A stretch of 64,000 nt of DNA, from the sequence record NC_041917.1. One strand, 5' to 3'. Below the pieces are notes generated by a model. The model was not told the origin of the DNA, did no database searches, and was given only the letters and a program-made list of their open reading frames with translations. Below are positions 37,261 through 46,627 of the stretch, piece after piece (position 1 is the first letter of the stretch; every line of letters starts with the position of its first letter). The translations under genes were made by a program, and so were the position numbers.

Positions 37261-37395
37261 ATGAAATCAGGATTAATTATACTAGCAGGACTTGTACTAT
37301 GTGGAGTAGGTGCATTTGGTTATTTTAAAGATCTTGATTTATGGGGTGCATGGGTAATTGTTGGTGGTTTAATAGTTTATTCACAGGTTGATTAA
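37261..37395 (+). CDS. Small membrane protein (44 aa)
   Basis: GAGG RBS; two hydrophobic segments. Confidence 0.55.
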   Translation: MKSGLIILAGLVLCGVGAFGYFKDLDLWGAWVIVGGLIVYSQVD

Positions 37396-37396
37396 T

Positions 37397-37729
37397 ATGA
37401 AACGTAAAATTGTAAAACGAAATAAAGCAAAAATGACTTTTTGGATTAATAATCCATTTTGGTATAAAGTAGTTCATCAAAACCGTGAACATTTTGAACA
37501 AACACGGAACCGAAAAAAATATGTTGAAGTTTTTGATCATGTAAATGCGTATCGTATTACTGAACGTAGTGAACGAATTATGGTTCCAATTTTGATAACT
37601 TCAAAAGTAAAACGTTCACGCATCAAGAATCGTCTTCATGCGTATCGTAGTTTCAAAAATCTTGAAGAAATGAATAACGAATGCGGAACAGCGTACACGA
37701 TTGATGAAATTTATGTCGGATGGCGTTAA
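37397..37729 (+). CDS. Basic hypothetical protein
   Basis: K/R-rich ORF. Confidence 0.6.
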   Translation: MKRKIVKRNKAKMTFWINNPFWYKVVHQNREHFEQTRNRKKYVEVFDHVNAYRITERSERIMVPILITSKVKRSRIKNRLHAYRSFKNLEEMNNECGTAYTIDEIYVGWR

Positions 37730-37736
37730 AAATCAC

Positions 37737-37765
37737 TTGACATAGCTGAATGGGTACGATATTAT
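37737..37765 (+). promoter_or_regulatory. Sigma70-type promoter with -10 inside an inverted repeat
   Basis: TTGACA-N17-TATTAT; GGGTAC-gatattat-GTACCC. Confidence 0.65.
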
Positions 37766-37794
37766 GTACCCACATTAAATGAACTGAGAGAAAA

Positions 37795-39054
37795 ATGAAA
37801 ATGGCAGAACTGATTAAAGAAGGTCGTAAACTGGTTACCATTCGCCGCATTAATGCGATTAACCCGATTCCAAATGCTGATGCAATTGAAGTTGCAACAG
37901 TTGATGGCTGGAATGTTGTCACTAAAAAAGGTGAATTCTCTGAAACCAATTTTTGCGTATTCTTTGAAATTGATTCATTCCTACCAGCAGATAACCCAAT
38001 TTTTGGTTTCCTTCTGCGTAATGGAACCAAAACTGATGAAGCGGGTGTAGAGCGTATTCGCCTCCGTACTGTAAAACTTCGTCAGCAAATTTCTCAAGGG
38101 CTGGCACTTCCTATTGATATTATCAATAAAGATATGATCAATGCATTTGCTGAAGCTATTGGTATTAAAAGTACTGATGATTTTGAACGTTTTTCTGAAG
38201 TACTCCGTACTCTTGAAGAAAGCCGTGATGGTATTGAACAGTTCTTCAATGTAACTAAGTACGAGCGTCCAGATGAGCGTCAGGGTGGTGGTGCAAACCG
38301 TGCAAAAACAGCAGGTAACTTCCCTCTGGTAATTCCAAAAACTGATGAAGACCGTGTTCAGAATATTTTTGGAAAATTCAGTCAAACTATGAAGGGTGTT
38401 CCATTCCGCAAATCTTTAAAACTTGATGGCTCTAGTCAGACTATTGCATATTTCAATAATCCAGATTTCTTTGTGGATAAAGTTGATGAAGAAGTTGTAG
38501 AATGGAATGAAGAAACCCAAGAACTGACAGTTGTTGAAGTTAAACCATATCCGTTCCAGTGGGAAAGTGCACAGATTGTTGTTTGCTCTCGCAACCTTGC
38601 ATTGAAGTTTGATGAATCTGCGGCATTCTGGAAAGCAGCATTGAAAGATGATATTCCAGCACGTCTTAAAAAGTACTGTGAAGATCATGAACGTCAGCTT
38701 GCATTGCAGGGTGAATGTATGGGACCTGGTATTCAAGGCAACCGTGAAGGTTTATCTGAACATGAGTTCTTCTGCTTCCGTATTTGGGATGTAGATGCAC
38801 AGAATTTCCTTGATGATGCAGAGTTCTTTGAAGTAACTGCTATTCTTGGCATCAATGTTGTTCCACAGGGTGATATTGTATATTTCTTTGATGTATACAG
38901 TACTATTCAGGAAGCACTTAATAGTGCAGAACATGCAAGTATTGTTCATCCTATTGCAGAAGGTGACGTATACAAAAGTACTGAAAAGGTGAATGGACAA
39001 ACTATCCACTTTAAAGTAATTAACAATAAATTCCTAATGAAATGTGAAGACTAA
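37795..39054 (+). CDS. ATP-dependent RNA ligase, DRB0094/Rnl2-like family
   Basis: IPNADAIEVATVDGW, FFEIDSFLP, KTDEDRVQN, KLDGSS (motif I), QGECMGPGIQGN, EGDV, FKVINN. Confidence 0.9.
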   Translation: MKMAELIKEGRKLVTIRRINAINPIPNADAIEVATVDGWNVVTKKGEFSETNFCVFFEIDSFLPADNPIFGFLLRNGTKTDEAGVERIRLRTVKLRQQISQGLALPIDIINKDMINAFAEAIGIKSTDDFERFSEVLRTLEESRDGIEQFFNVTKYERPDERQGGGANRAKTAGNFPLVIPKTDEDRVQNIFGKFSQTMKGVPFRKSLKLDGSSQTIAYFNNPDFFVDKVDEEVVEWNEETQELTVVEVKPYPFQWESAQIVVCSRNLALKFDESAAFWKAALKDDIPARLKKYCEDHERQLALQGECMGPGIQGNREGLSEHEFFCFRIWDVDAQNFLDDAEFFEVTAILGINVVPQGDIVYFFDVYSTIQEALNSAEHASIVHPIAEGDVYKSTEKVNGQTIHFKVINNKFLMKCED

Positions 39055-39063
39055 AATTTGTAC

Positions 39064-39087
39064 AGCAGCTTGAAAAAGCTGCTTTTT
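39064..39087 (+). terminator. Intrinsic terminator
   Basis: AGCAGCTT-gaaa-AAGCTGCT plus T run. Confidence 0.8.
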
Positions 39088-39099
39088 AAGTAAAAAAAA

Positions 39100-39129
39100 T
39101 TGAAACGCCACAAAATATTGTGGTATAAT
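39100..39129 (+). promoter_or_regulatory. Promoter of the TGAAAC...TGGTATAAT class
   Basis: TTGAAAC-N17-TATAAT with TGTGG. Confidence 0.7.
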
Positions 39130-39136
39130 ATACGAC

Positions 39137-39424
39137 ATGGAGAAGGTGCTTATGACTAAGCAAGAATATCTAGCCAATCTACAGGTTGGCGATGTAGTGA
39201 AACGTGGTATGCATGGTGCGGGTTTTATCACCGATGGTGAAGATGCCGAGATTGTTCATATCAATGAATCTACCATTTGGGTTGATGAATCTATGGAAGA
39301 AGATAGTGATTATAAGCGTGACAGTGTATATGCATATGATCGCCGGACAGGAAAACAAACAGAGTCAACGTTTGGGTTCTTTAAAACCATTGAATTGCCT
39401 GATTGGGAAGCACCTGATCAATAA
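39137..39424 (+). CDS. Hypothetical protein
   Basis: 95-aa ORF after the promoter. Confidence 0.65.
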   Translation: MEKVLMTKQEYLANLQVGDVVKRGMHGAGFITDGEDAEIVHINESTIWVDESMEEDSDYKRDSVYAYDRRTGKQTESTFGFFKTIELPDWEAPDQ

Positions 39425-39476
39425 GAGTTAAGAAGTGAGTCAACAAAAATTTAATCCATTTCTGAGGAAAACAAAT

Positions 39477-41003
39477 ATGTCAGCATTTAAAAACGCAGTA
39501 AACAACATGAATACACCAGCATCAAGCAACCGTTCTACAACTGCCAACGGTGGTGCTTCATTGAAAAGTTCATTAAATCCACTTGTGGATATGTTCTTCA
39601 TGATCGGTTCTCTACGTAACAAAGACCTTGGTCAGTACAAAGCACAGTTCGACGCTGCGTATACAGCTAACCCAACGTTAGCTCTACAAATGATTCTTTG
39701 GGCACGTGATGTTCGTGGTGGTGCAGGTGAACGTAATACACCACGTGAACTTTTGAAGTATTTGGAAGTTAAACATCCAGAAGATGTTCTACGTGTAATT
39801 CCAGTACTTGCAGAATTCGGTCGTTGGGATGATCTGTTGATCTTTAAAACTAAAGCTGCGAAAGCAGTTGCTTATGAAAAGATTGCAGAAGCTTTAAAAA
39901 CTGGCAACGGTCTTTGTGCAAAATGGATGCCACGCATCTATAAATTCAAGAAGAATGCACAAGGTGTGGTTAATATGTCTAGTACTGCTAACCAAAACCG
40001 TGCTGCGAACAACAAAATTGCACGTGAACTAATGTCTGTAATGGGTATTAATGAACGTCAGTACCGTAAACTTCTATCATCTATGAGCAACACTGTTGAA
40101 CAGAAGATGTGTGCGAATGAATGGGAAGCAATTGACTATAACAAACTACCATCGGTAGCAAGTTCTCGTTATTTGCCAGCTTTCATGAAACACGACGAAG
40201 GTCGTTACCGTGATTACTTAGCTTCTCTTGAAAAAGGCGAAGGTAAGGTTAACGCAGCAACGTTGTTCCCATACGATGTATTGAAGAATTTGGTAACTCG
40301 TTATGGTACTACCACAGCAGAACAGACTCGTCTAGGTATTGCACAGTGGGATGCATTGAACAATCTAATGGGTGATAACCGTATTCTACCAATGGTAGAT
40401 ACATCTGGCTCAATGGGTGTGGGTATCGCTGGTACTTCACTAACTGTTCAAGATGTAGCAGTATCACTTGGTTTGTATGTAAGTACAAAACAAACTGGTG
40501 CTTTCAAGGATATGTGGTTGAACTTTAGTACCCGTCCAAAATTGAAAGTACTTCCACGTGGAGATATTAGTGTAAAAGCTAATGACTTGTACCGCAATCA
40601 CGGTTCCGATTGGGATGGTAGTACAAACGTTGAAGCAGCATTTGATCTAGTATTGAGTACTGCGGTGAAGCAAAACGTTCCACAGGATGAAATGCCAAAA
40701 GTTCTAATGATCTTCAGTGACATGGAATTTAATGGTAGTGGTGGTCGTAACTGGAACAAAACAGCGTTCCAAACGGCTAAACAGAAGTTTGAACGTGCTG
40801 GTTATGAGCTACCAATGGTAGTGTTCTGGAACCTAAACGCACGTGCTAACAACAATCCAGTTCGTTTCGATGAAGCTGGAACGGCGTTGGTAAGTGGTTT
40901 CAGTCCTAACGTAATTCCTGCGATTCTAAGCGGCAACGCAGTTGATCCAGTGAGTATTATGTTAGCTGCAATCGATACTCCACGCTACCGCGTGTTGGGT
41001 TAA
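39477..41003 (+). CDS. DUF2828 / TROVE-like (Ro60-related) protein with C-terminal vWA domain
   Basis: WARDVRGGAGER, FGRWDDLL, AKWMPR, LFPYDV, MVDTSGSM (MIDAS), IFSDMEF, VFWNL, VSGFSP. Confidence 0.85.
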   Translation: MSAFKNAVNNMNTPASSNRSTTANGGASLKSSLNPLVDMFFMIGSLRNKDLGQYKAQFDAAYTANPTLALQMILWARDVRGGAGERNTPRELLKYLEVKHPEDVLRVIPVLAEFGRWDDLLIFKTKAAKAVAYEKIAEALKTGNGLCAKWMPRIYKFKKNAQGVVNMSSTANQNRAANNKIARELMSVMGINERQYRKLLSSMSNTVEQKMCANEWEAIDYNKLPSVASSRYLPAFMKHDEGRYRDYLASLEKGEGKVNAATLFPYDVLKNLVTRYGTTTAEQTRLGIAQWDALNNLMGDNRILPMVDTSGSMGVGIAGTSLTVQDVAVSLGLYVSTKQTGAFKDMWLNFSTRPKLKVLPRGDISVKANDLYRNHGSDWDGSTNVEAAFDLVLSTAVKQNVPQDEMPKVLMIFSDMEFNGSGGRNWNKTAFQTAKQKFERAGYELPMVVFWNLNARANNNPVRFDEAGTALVSGFSPNVIPAILSGNAVDPVSIMLAAIDTPRYRVLG

Positions 41004-41009
41004 TACCCC

Positions 41010-41039
41010 AAAAGCCTCACCTTCGGGTGGGGCTTTTTT
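41010..41039 (+). terminator. Intrinsic terminator
   Basis: AAAAGCCTCACC-ttcg-GGTGGGGCTTTT. Confidence 0.85.
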
Positions 41040-41056
41040 ATTATAAGGATATAATT

Positions 41057-41272
41057 ATGAAAACGTTTGAAGAATGGAAAATGCATTTTGCATATCATTT
41101 TACTAACTTCCTAATTAGTATTGATACACCAGAAGAACATTGGTTCAGTACTATTCAGGGTGAAATATCACCGTGGGAAGATGAAAAAGATTCAGAAAAT
41201 CCTATGTTGGATTGGAAGAATACTCCCCCTAAAGAAGCAGTAAAAGAAGCAATTAGCTATTGGGAAGAATGA
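41057..41272 (+). CDS. Hypothetical protein
   Basis: AAGGA RBS before ATG 41057. Confidence 0.6.
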   Translation: MKTFEEWKMHFAYHFTNFLISIDTPEEHWFSTIQGEISPWEDEKDSENPMLDWKNTPPKEAVKEAISYWEE

Positions 41273-41418
41273 TATGAAATCAATTAGAAATAACCTATTT
41301 GGTGTAGTACTCATGTACAAAGTATCCTTCGCAGTAAATCCTATTTTAACAACAATCGGTACTGGTATTGTAGTATCTTTTGTTTATTCTGTTTCTAAAA
41401 TCTTCGGCCTATAAAAAT

Positions 41419-41447
41419 TTGACAACAGTGTAGCCTTGTGCTATACT
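41419..41447 (+). promoter_or_regulatory. Sigma70-type promoter overlapped by an inverted repeat
   Basis: TTGACA-N17-TATACT; AACAGTGTAGC / GCTATACTGTT. Confidence 0.75.
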
Positions 41448-41475
41448 GTTTTCTATTATTGAAATGAGGTGCATC

Positions 41476-41901
41476 ATGACTACTGAATATATTGAAATTC
41501 AGGGGTATCTAGAATACGACCCTGACCGACAAGATATGAAAAGTCGCACTCAGTATTGGTGTGTCCTCCAACTACCGAATGATCTGGTTCGATACTATCA
41601 GTACTTTGTGCGTAAAGAAAAACACGTTGAAATGCAAATGCCAGCGTGGGGTGCTCACGTAAGTATTATTCGTGGTGAAAAACCCGATGATGAGCACATA
41701 CACTTGTGGAAGAAATATCACAAGCAAAAATTCACTATACGATTCAATCCGTATATTGATCAAATAAAAGATAAAAAACAACCAGGTTCTTTCTATGTAA
41801 TTAATTTTGAATCACCAGAGTTGATGCAAATCCGTGCAGAATTGGGATTGCCAGTACATAGAGATTTCCACTTAACCATAGGTCGTACTTACTATGACTA
41901 A
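41476..41901 (+). CDS. 2H phosphoesterase-superfamily protein
   Basis: Two Hx[ST]-hydrophobic motifs: AHVSII and FHLTIG. Confidence 0.7.
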   Translation: MTTEYIEIQGYLEYDPDRQDMKSRTQYWCVLQLPNDLVRYYQYFVRKEKHVEMQMPAWGAHVSIIRGEKPDDEHIHLWKKYHKQKFTIRFNPYIDQIKDKKQPGSFYVINFESPELMQIRAELGLPVHRDFHLTIGRTYYD

Positions 41902-42466
41902 TATGAAGTACAAGATTAGAAATAAAAAAACATTTCTATACATAGATGATATATATTCAGATGGGGATAGATCATCTATGTATGGAAGGATTTTTGATAG
42001 TCATGCAATTGCTCAACAATTTTTATATGAAAGGCAACATGAGTTATTTGAAATGAATCAATATCTTGATATTTCAAATTATACAATAGATGAATATCAC
42101 TTATCACTTTCTAGATCTATTGCAATTTATAATACAGTTGAAGAACATATTATGAATTCTCCTGATAACGAAGGAAATGTTAAAAAAGTCAAAGCAATGT
42201 TACATCAATGTATATTGCATGGTTTTTCTTGTATTAGCACACCGTTTTTTGATTTTCTCTTGACTTCAGATAAATATGAACCTATACTGTTAGAACTTGT
42301 CCCTCCCCATATACTTCACAGTGTGAATGACTTTATGGATGTTGGGATAATGGAATGTGACCTTGATGAATTAGGTGCAATTTCCTTGACAGCAACGACT
42401 GAACAGATTAAAATGAATCAAATAGTTGAGATTTTAAGAGCTAGGTCAGAAAAAGTTTCTAAGTAG
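41894..42466 (+). CDS. Hypothetical protein
   Basis: 190-aa ORF. Confidence 0.65.
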   Translation: MTNMKYKIRNKKTFLYIDDIYSDGDRSSMYGRIFDSHAIAQQFLYERQHELFEMNQYLDISNYTIDEYHLSLSRSIAIYNTVEEHIMNSPDNEGNVKKVKAMLHQCILHGFSCISTPFFDFLLTSDKYEPILLELVPPHILHSVNDFMDVGIMECDLDELGAISLTATTEQIKMNQIVEILRARSEKVSK

Positions 42467-42574
42467 TATTCGTACTATTGTAGAAAGTCCAAAGCGACTT
42501 TGTGCATAAGGCTTTGGGCAATCCAAATGTTTCCTTATTGCATGAGTCTAACAAAATGTATATAAGGAGGAATT

Positions 42575-43510
42575 TTGTATAAAGCGATACAAGAACTCAA
42601 GACTCGTGCTGGACGTATGAAATACGTTTTAGTAGGTTTTCTGTTGCTTGCCGCTGCATTTGGATTTATTGGTTATAACTCACATGATCGTACTACATCA
42701 TTAGTTTCTCAGGAAGCAGTAGTGCAACAATATGAACCACAAGTTACAATTCAAAAGCAACCGCCAGTTATTATTCAAATTGAAGAACCAACTGCAAGCA
42801 GAGAACAATACAAAGTACTTAACGGTGATAGTCTATGGACAATATCATCAAAAATTAAACCACAAAATGTCGAACTGAATGACTATGTGAAAACATTAAA
42901 AGTGATTAATGCGGGTGTAACATTACATCCTGGTACAATGTTTGAAATCCCATCAGCAGAAGATTTAAAGGATGTAGCACTTCCTGAAATCGAAATTAAA
43001 ATCGATACAAGGGATGAATTAATTATAGCACACCTTAAAAATTCTGAAGGTACAAGTGAATCGCAAGCTGTATTAAAACGGCGTTTACTTGGCGGTAAAG
43101 TTGGACCATCTTTCAAAAATGGTAAATTCTATCCATACCGTGACAGTACTGGTCATTTTACGATTGGTTATGGTCATTATCTTGGAAAGAGTGATAGTGC
43201 TGCAATGAAGTACAAAAATGGCATCACTAAGCGTCAAGCTCACGATATGTTAATAATGGATATGGAAAGAACTATGGGTGATTTCGTCCTGTTATTACAA
43301 CGTAAACGTGCAGTAGATTTAACTGTTGAGCAACAACGTATACTTTATGAAATGGCATATACTATGGGATGCGATAAATTAGCACGTTTTAATAAAATGT
43401 GGAAAAGTGTAGAACATAGTAATCCTCATAAATTCAAAAAAGAAATTAAAAGCTCACTATGGTATAGTCAGGTCGGAAATCGGGCTGAAATATTATTGAG
43501 TAGCATTTAA
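42575..43510 (+). CDS. Membrane-anchored LysM + T4-type lysozyme (GH24-like)
   Basis: N-terminal TM; YKVLNGDSLWTIS (LysM); SEG...YRDSTGHFTIGYGH...WYSQVGNRA. Confidence 0.85.
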   Translation: MYKAIQELKTRAGRMKYVLVGFLLLAAAFGFIGYNSHDRTTSLVSQEAVVQQYEPQVTIQKQPPVIIQIEEPTASREQYKVLNGDSLWTISSKIKPQNVELNDYVKTLKVINAGVTLHPGTMFEIPSAEDLKDVALPEIEIKIDTRDELIIAHLKNSEGTSESQAVLKRRLLGGKVGPSFKNGKFYPYRDSTGHFTIGYGHYLGKSDSAAMKYKNGITKRQAHDMLIMDMERTMGDFVLLLQRKRAVDLTVEQQRILYEMAYTMGCDKLARFNKMWKSVEHSNPHKFKKEIKSSLWYSQVGNRAEILLSSI

Positions 43511-43529
43511 TATAAAAAGGAGTACTTTT

Positions 43530-43877
43530 ATGATTAATCATACAATAGCATATAATGATCGTATTGGAGTATCTGAAGAACTTGAATTCCATACTTTTGA
43601 TGAATTTGAAAAATTGGAAAAATTTATTGGGGAAACACCAGTAGATTTTCGTACATCGTTCTCAAAAGATGGTGATAAGTTTAAAGCACATTCTCATGGT
43701 CATTTTGAAGGTGTAGACTATATTGCTACTGCATCTACTGATGATATGTATAAAAGTATTGATCTTCTTGTTGAAAAACTTGAAGCACAACTACGGAAAG
43801 AAAAGGGTAAACGTACTAGTATTGTTCGTGATACTTTGATTGCCGAATCTGATGAAGATGAAGAAATCGAAGATTAA
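43530..43877 (+). CDS. hpf: Ribosome hibernation factor HPF/RaiA (S30AE) family
   Basis: ATASTDDMYKSIDLLVEKLEAQLRKEK. Confidence 0.8.
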   Translation: MINHTIAYNDRIGVSEELEFHTFDEFEKLEKFIGETPVDFRTSFSKDGDKFKAHSHGHFEGVDYIATASTDDMYKSIDLLVEKLEAQLRKEKGKRTSIVRDTLIAESDEDEEIED

Positions 43878-43881
43878 TCCC

Positions 43882-43910
43882 TTGACAGCACTAACTTAAT
43901 GTGCTAAATT
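43882..43910 (+). promoter_or_regulatory. Sigma70-type promoter
   Basis: TTGACA-N17-TAAATT, with AGCAC/GTGCT inverted repeat. Confidence 0.6.
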
Positions 43911-43914
43911 ATAT

Positions 43915-43942
43915 GGACAGGCAGAGATGCTTGTCCTTTTTT
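43915..43942 (+). terminator. Intrinsic terminator
   Basis: GGACAGGCA-gaga-TGCTTGTCC-T6. Confidence 0.8.
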
Positions 43943-43963
43943 CGTTTTAATTGAGGTTTTTTT

Positions 43964-44347
43964 ATGTGGAATATTGAAGATATAAACATATTCACCGACA
44001 ACTCATTAGATAAATTCTATGCAGAATGTAATGGGTATCGTGCAGAATTAGCTAAAGGTAAAATAAAACAATTACTTCTTGCAAAAACTGAATATGATTT
44101 GTATACTAGTTTAAAAGATGCTGTGTTTCGTCATGGCGTTTGTGTAAAAGAGGTTAATATGTCAATGATGCTGGATGAATATATGGGATGGGATGATAAC
44201 ACAACTTTCTCATCCATTAAAATTTCTGAATACAGCACACAACGTGCAGAAGAAATAAAACGTAATTTTAAGTTGGGACAGAACCGAATAGAATTAAATT
44301 CTAATTTTTGGGGTTCTCTAATCGTTGAAGATATATTGGAAGGTTAA
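43964..44347 (+). CDS. Hypothetical protein
   Basis: GAGGT RBS, 127 aa. Confidence 0.7.
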   Translation: MWNIEDINIFTDNSLDKFYAECNGYRAELAKGKIKQLLLAKTEYDLYTSLKDAVFRHGVCVKEVNMSMMLDEYMGWDDNTTFSSIKISEYSTQRAEEIKRNFKLGQNRIELNSNFWGSLIVEDILEG

Positions 44348-44349
44348 AA

Positions 44350-45462
44350 ATGAAAAAATACATTGTAGGTGGTTTTGTACGCGATAAACTTCTTGGTCTT
44401 CAACCTAAAGATAAAGACTATGTACTTGTCGGAGCTAAACCGAAAGATATTGAATACCTAACTGGTATTGGTTATAAACAAGTTGGTGCCGATTTCCCTG
44501 TGTTCTTGTCTCCAGATGGTGATGAATATGCACTAGCTCGTATTGAACGAAAAACTGGTACTGGTTATGATGGATTTACTGTTCAAACTCAAGGTGTTAC
44601 TCTTGAGCAAGATTTGTATCGTCGTGACCTTACTATTAATGCTATTGCATGGGACCCAATTACTAAGACTCATGTTGACCCATATAATGGTAAAGTAGAT
44701 TTGCAGAACAAAGTACTAAAGCATGTATCTGAAGCATTTAAAGAAGATCCACTTCGTGTACTACGTCTTGCACGTTTTGCCGCACGTTATAGTACTTTCA
44801 CTATACATGCAGATACTAATGTTATGGTAAAAGAAATGGTTAAGAATGGTGAAATAAATCATTTGACCAAAGAGCGTGTATACATTGAATTTGAAAAAGC
44901 ACTCTCTGAAGAAAAGCCTAGTATCTTTTTCAAGTACTTGAAAGATATTGGTGCGTTAAAAGTATTACTTCCAACATTCGAAGCTACGAATAAGGAATTG
45001 GAACTTATTGATCATATTGCAATGAACAGCACTGAACAGTACCGTGAAGAATTCATTTGGTCTGTAATTTTGTCAAAAGCTACTCCTACAAAAGATTATG
45101 TTGTTGGTGGGATAAAACTACCTGCACGTTTTGTTAAGTTCAGCAACTTTGTCAAATTGCATTCAGATGGTTTGATTAAATTCAGGAAGAAAAAACCTGA
45201 AGGTATGGTTGAACTATTCACTGCAATGAATGTCAAAAACAACGGTGGTGAGGAATTCTTGTATAAAGTGGTAGAGTACTTTATCATTCGCCGTGAAATT
45301 GATATTGAGTTGGAAGATTTGATCATGAAAGTATATGATAAGTTCTATGATGCACCTGTTGGTAACATTGAAGAAATGGTGAAAACTGGTGCATTGGAGG
45401 CAGCCAATATCCGTACTCACATCAAGACAATTCAGGTTGCTGAAATTAAGAAAATGTTCTGA
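44350..45462 (+). CDS. cca: CCA-adding tRNA nucleotidyltransferase
   Basis: YIVGGFVRDKLLG, DKDYV, VGADFPVF, EYALARIERK, DLYRRDLTINA, FKEDPLRVLRLARF. Confidence 0.95.
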   Translation: MKKYIVGGFVRDKLLGLQPKDKDYVLVGAKPKDIEYLTGIGYKQVGADFPVFLSPDGDEYALARIERKTGTGYDGFTVQTQGVTLEQDLYRRDLTINAIAWDPITKTHVDPYNGKVDLQNKVLKHVSEAFKEDPLRVLRLARFAARYSTFTIHADTNVMVKEMVKNGEINHLTKERVYIEFEKALSEEKPSIFFKYLKDIGALKVLLPTFEATNKELELIDHIAMNSTEQYREEFIWSVILSKATPTKDYVVGGIKLPARFVKFSNFVKLHSDGLIKFRKKKPEGMVELFTAMNVKNNGGEEFLYKVVEYFIIRREIDIELEDLIMKVYDKFYDAPVGNIEEMVKTGALEAANIRTHIKTIQVAEIKKMF

Positions 45463-45467
45463 TAAAT

Positions 45468-45497
45468 TTGGAACAACTTTAAAAAATATGGTATACT
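45468..45497 (+). promoter_or_regulatory. Promoter of the TG(A/G)AAC...TGGTATAnT class
   Basis: TTGGAAC-N17-TATACT with TGG. Confidence 0.6.
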
Positions 45498-45531
45498 ATA
45501 AGTATCTGATAATTTTAGTGAGAAAGTTATT

Positions 45532-45957
45532 ATGCGTCATACGTGTGGGATAATTTTTTATCGTGATGGTCAGATACTTATAGGACATACAACAGGTCAG
45601 GAACATTGGGATTTACCTAAAGGTAAAACTGAAGAAGGTGAAAGCTATAAAGAAGCTGCTGTTCGGGAATGTTATGAAGAAACTGGTTATGAAATCTCCG
45701 AGGATGATTTATTATTAATTGGAGAAGTCGCTTACCGTAAAGGAAAGCGTTTAGTACTATTCTTTTATACTGCACGAGATAAACCAGATTCTGAAAAGTT
45801 GGAATGTATTAGTACATATACGAATCGTTATGGTCAAGAAAAACCAGAACTAGATAAGTTCATGTATATTGACGTAGAAGATTGTCAAATGTACTTAACA
45901 GAACGTATGTGTAACAGTATAATAAAGGCTGTCACGCAATTTGTAGAAAGTAATTAA
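45532..45957 (+). CDS. Nudix hydrolase
   Basis: WDLPKGKTEEGESYKEAAVRECYEETG Nudix box. Confidence 0.92.
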   Translation: MRHTCGIIFYRDGQILIGHTTGQEHWDLPKGKTEEGESYKEAAVRECYEETGYEISEDDLLLIGEVAYRKGKRLVLFFYTARDKPDSEKLECISTYTNRYGQEKPELDKFMYIDVEDCQMYLTERMCNSIIKAVTQFVESN

Positions 45958-45980
45958 AAAAAACATAATAAGGGAATATT

Positions 45981-46217
45981 ATGAATGTAAAAATGTATGG
46001 TCGAAGTCAAGGATGTAAGTTTTGTGATCGTGCTAAACTCATTTGTGAAATGAATGGGTTTGTGTTGGAATTTATTGATATTGAAGCACAAGGTCTAAGT
46101 GCTGCTGATTTAGCAGAAATCGTAGGTACTCCAGTTCGGACAGTACCGCAAATTTTCGTAGATGAACAGTATGTTGGAGGATGTGATAAGTTTGAAGCTT
46201 TCTTAAAAGGAGAATAA
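45981..46217 (+). CDS. Glutaredoxin (NrdC/NrdH-like)
   Basis: GCKFC, TVPQIF, VGGCD. Confidence 0.9.
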   Translation: MNVKMYGRSQGCKFCDRAKLICEMNGFVLEFIDIEAQGLSAADLAEIVGTPVRTVPQIFVDEQYVGGCDKFEAFLKGE

Positions 46218-46218
46218 C

Positions 46219-46626
46219 ATGAGTCTATTAACGACCATTCAAACGGAACGTCAAGCTGCTCTTGGCAAAGACAAAGTAAAATACAGTCTATTTGGTGTAA
46301 TTATTGCAGAAGTACAACGTAAAACAACTGCAAGTGATGTTGATGATAGTGTCGTATTACAATCTGTAAAAAAACTACTTGAAAGTGTTAATGATACTTT
46401 GAAGTACGGTTCTACTGAAGTACTTGAAGCTGAAAAAGTCCTTCTAGAAAATCTCCTACCAAAGCAACTTTCTAATGATGAACTACTTGCAATTATGCAA
46501 GAAGCCATTTCTAAAGATTCTAGTATGAAAGAAAAGAAAAATATGTTCCCTTATCTAAAAGCTAACTATGATGGTCAGTATAATGGTAAAGATGCAAATA
46601 TTCTATTCGGTCAATTAGGAGCTTAA
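46219..46626 (+). CDS. YqeY/GatB-domain protein
   Basis: IIAEVQRK...EKVLLENLLPKQLSNDEL...LKANYDGQY. Confidence 0.8.
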   Translation: MSLLTTIQTERQAALGKDKVKYSLFGVIIAEVQRKTTASDVDDSVVLQSVKKLLESVNDTLKYGSTEVLEAEKVLLENLLPKQLSNDELLAIMQEAISKDSSMKEKKNMFPYLKANYDGQYNGKDANILFGQLGA

Positions 46627-46627
46627 T

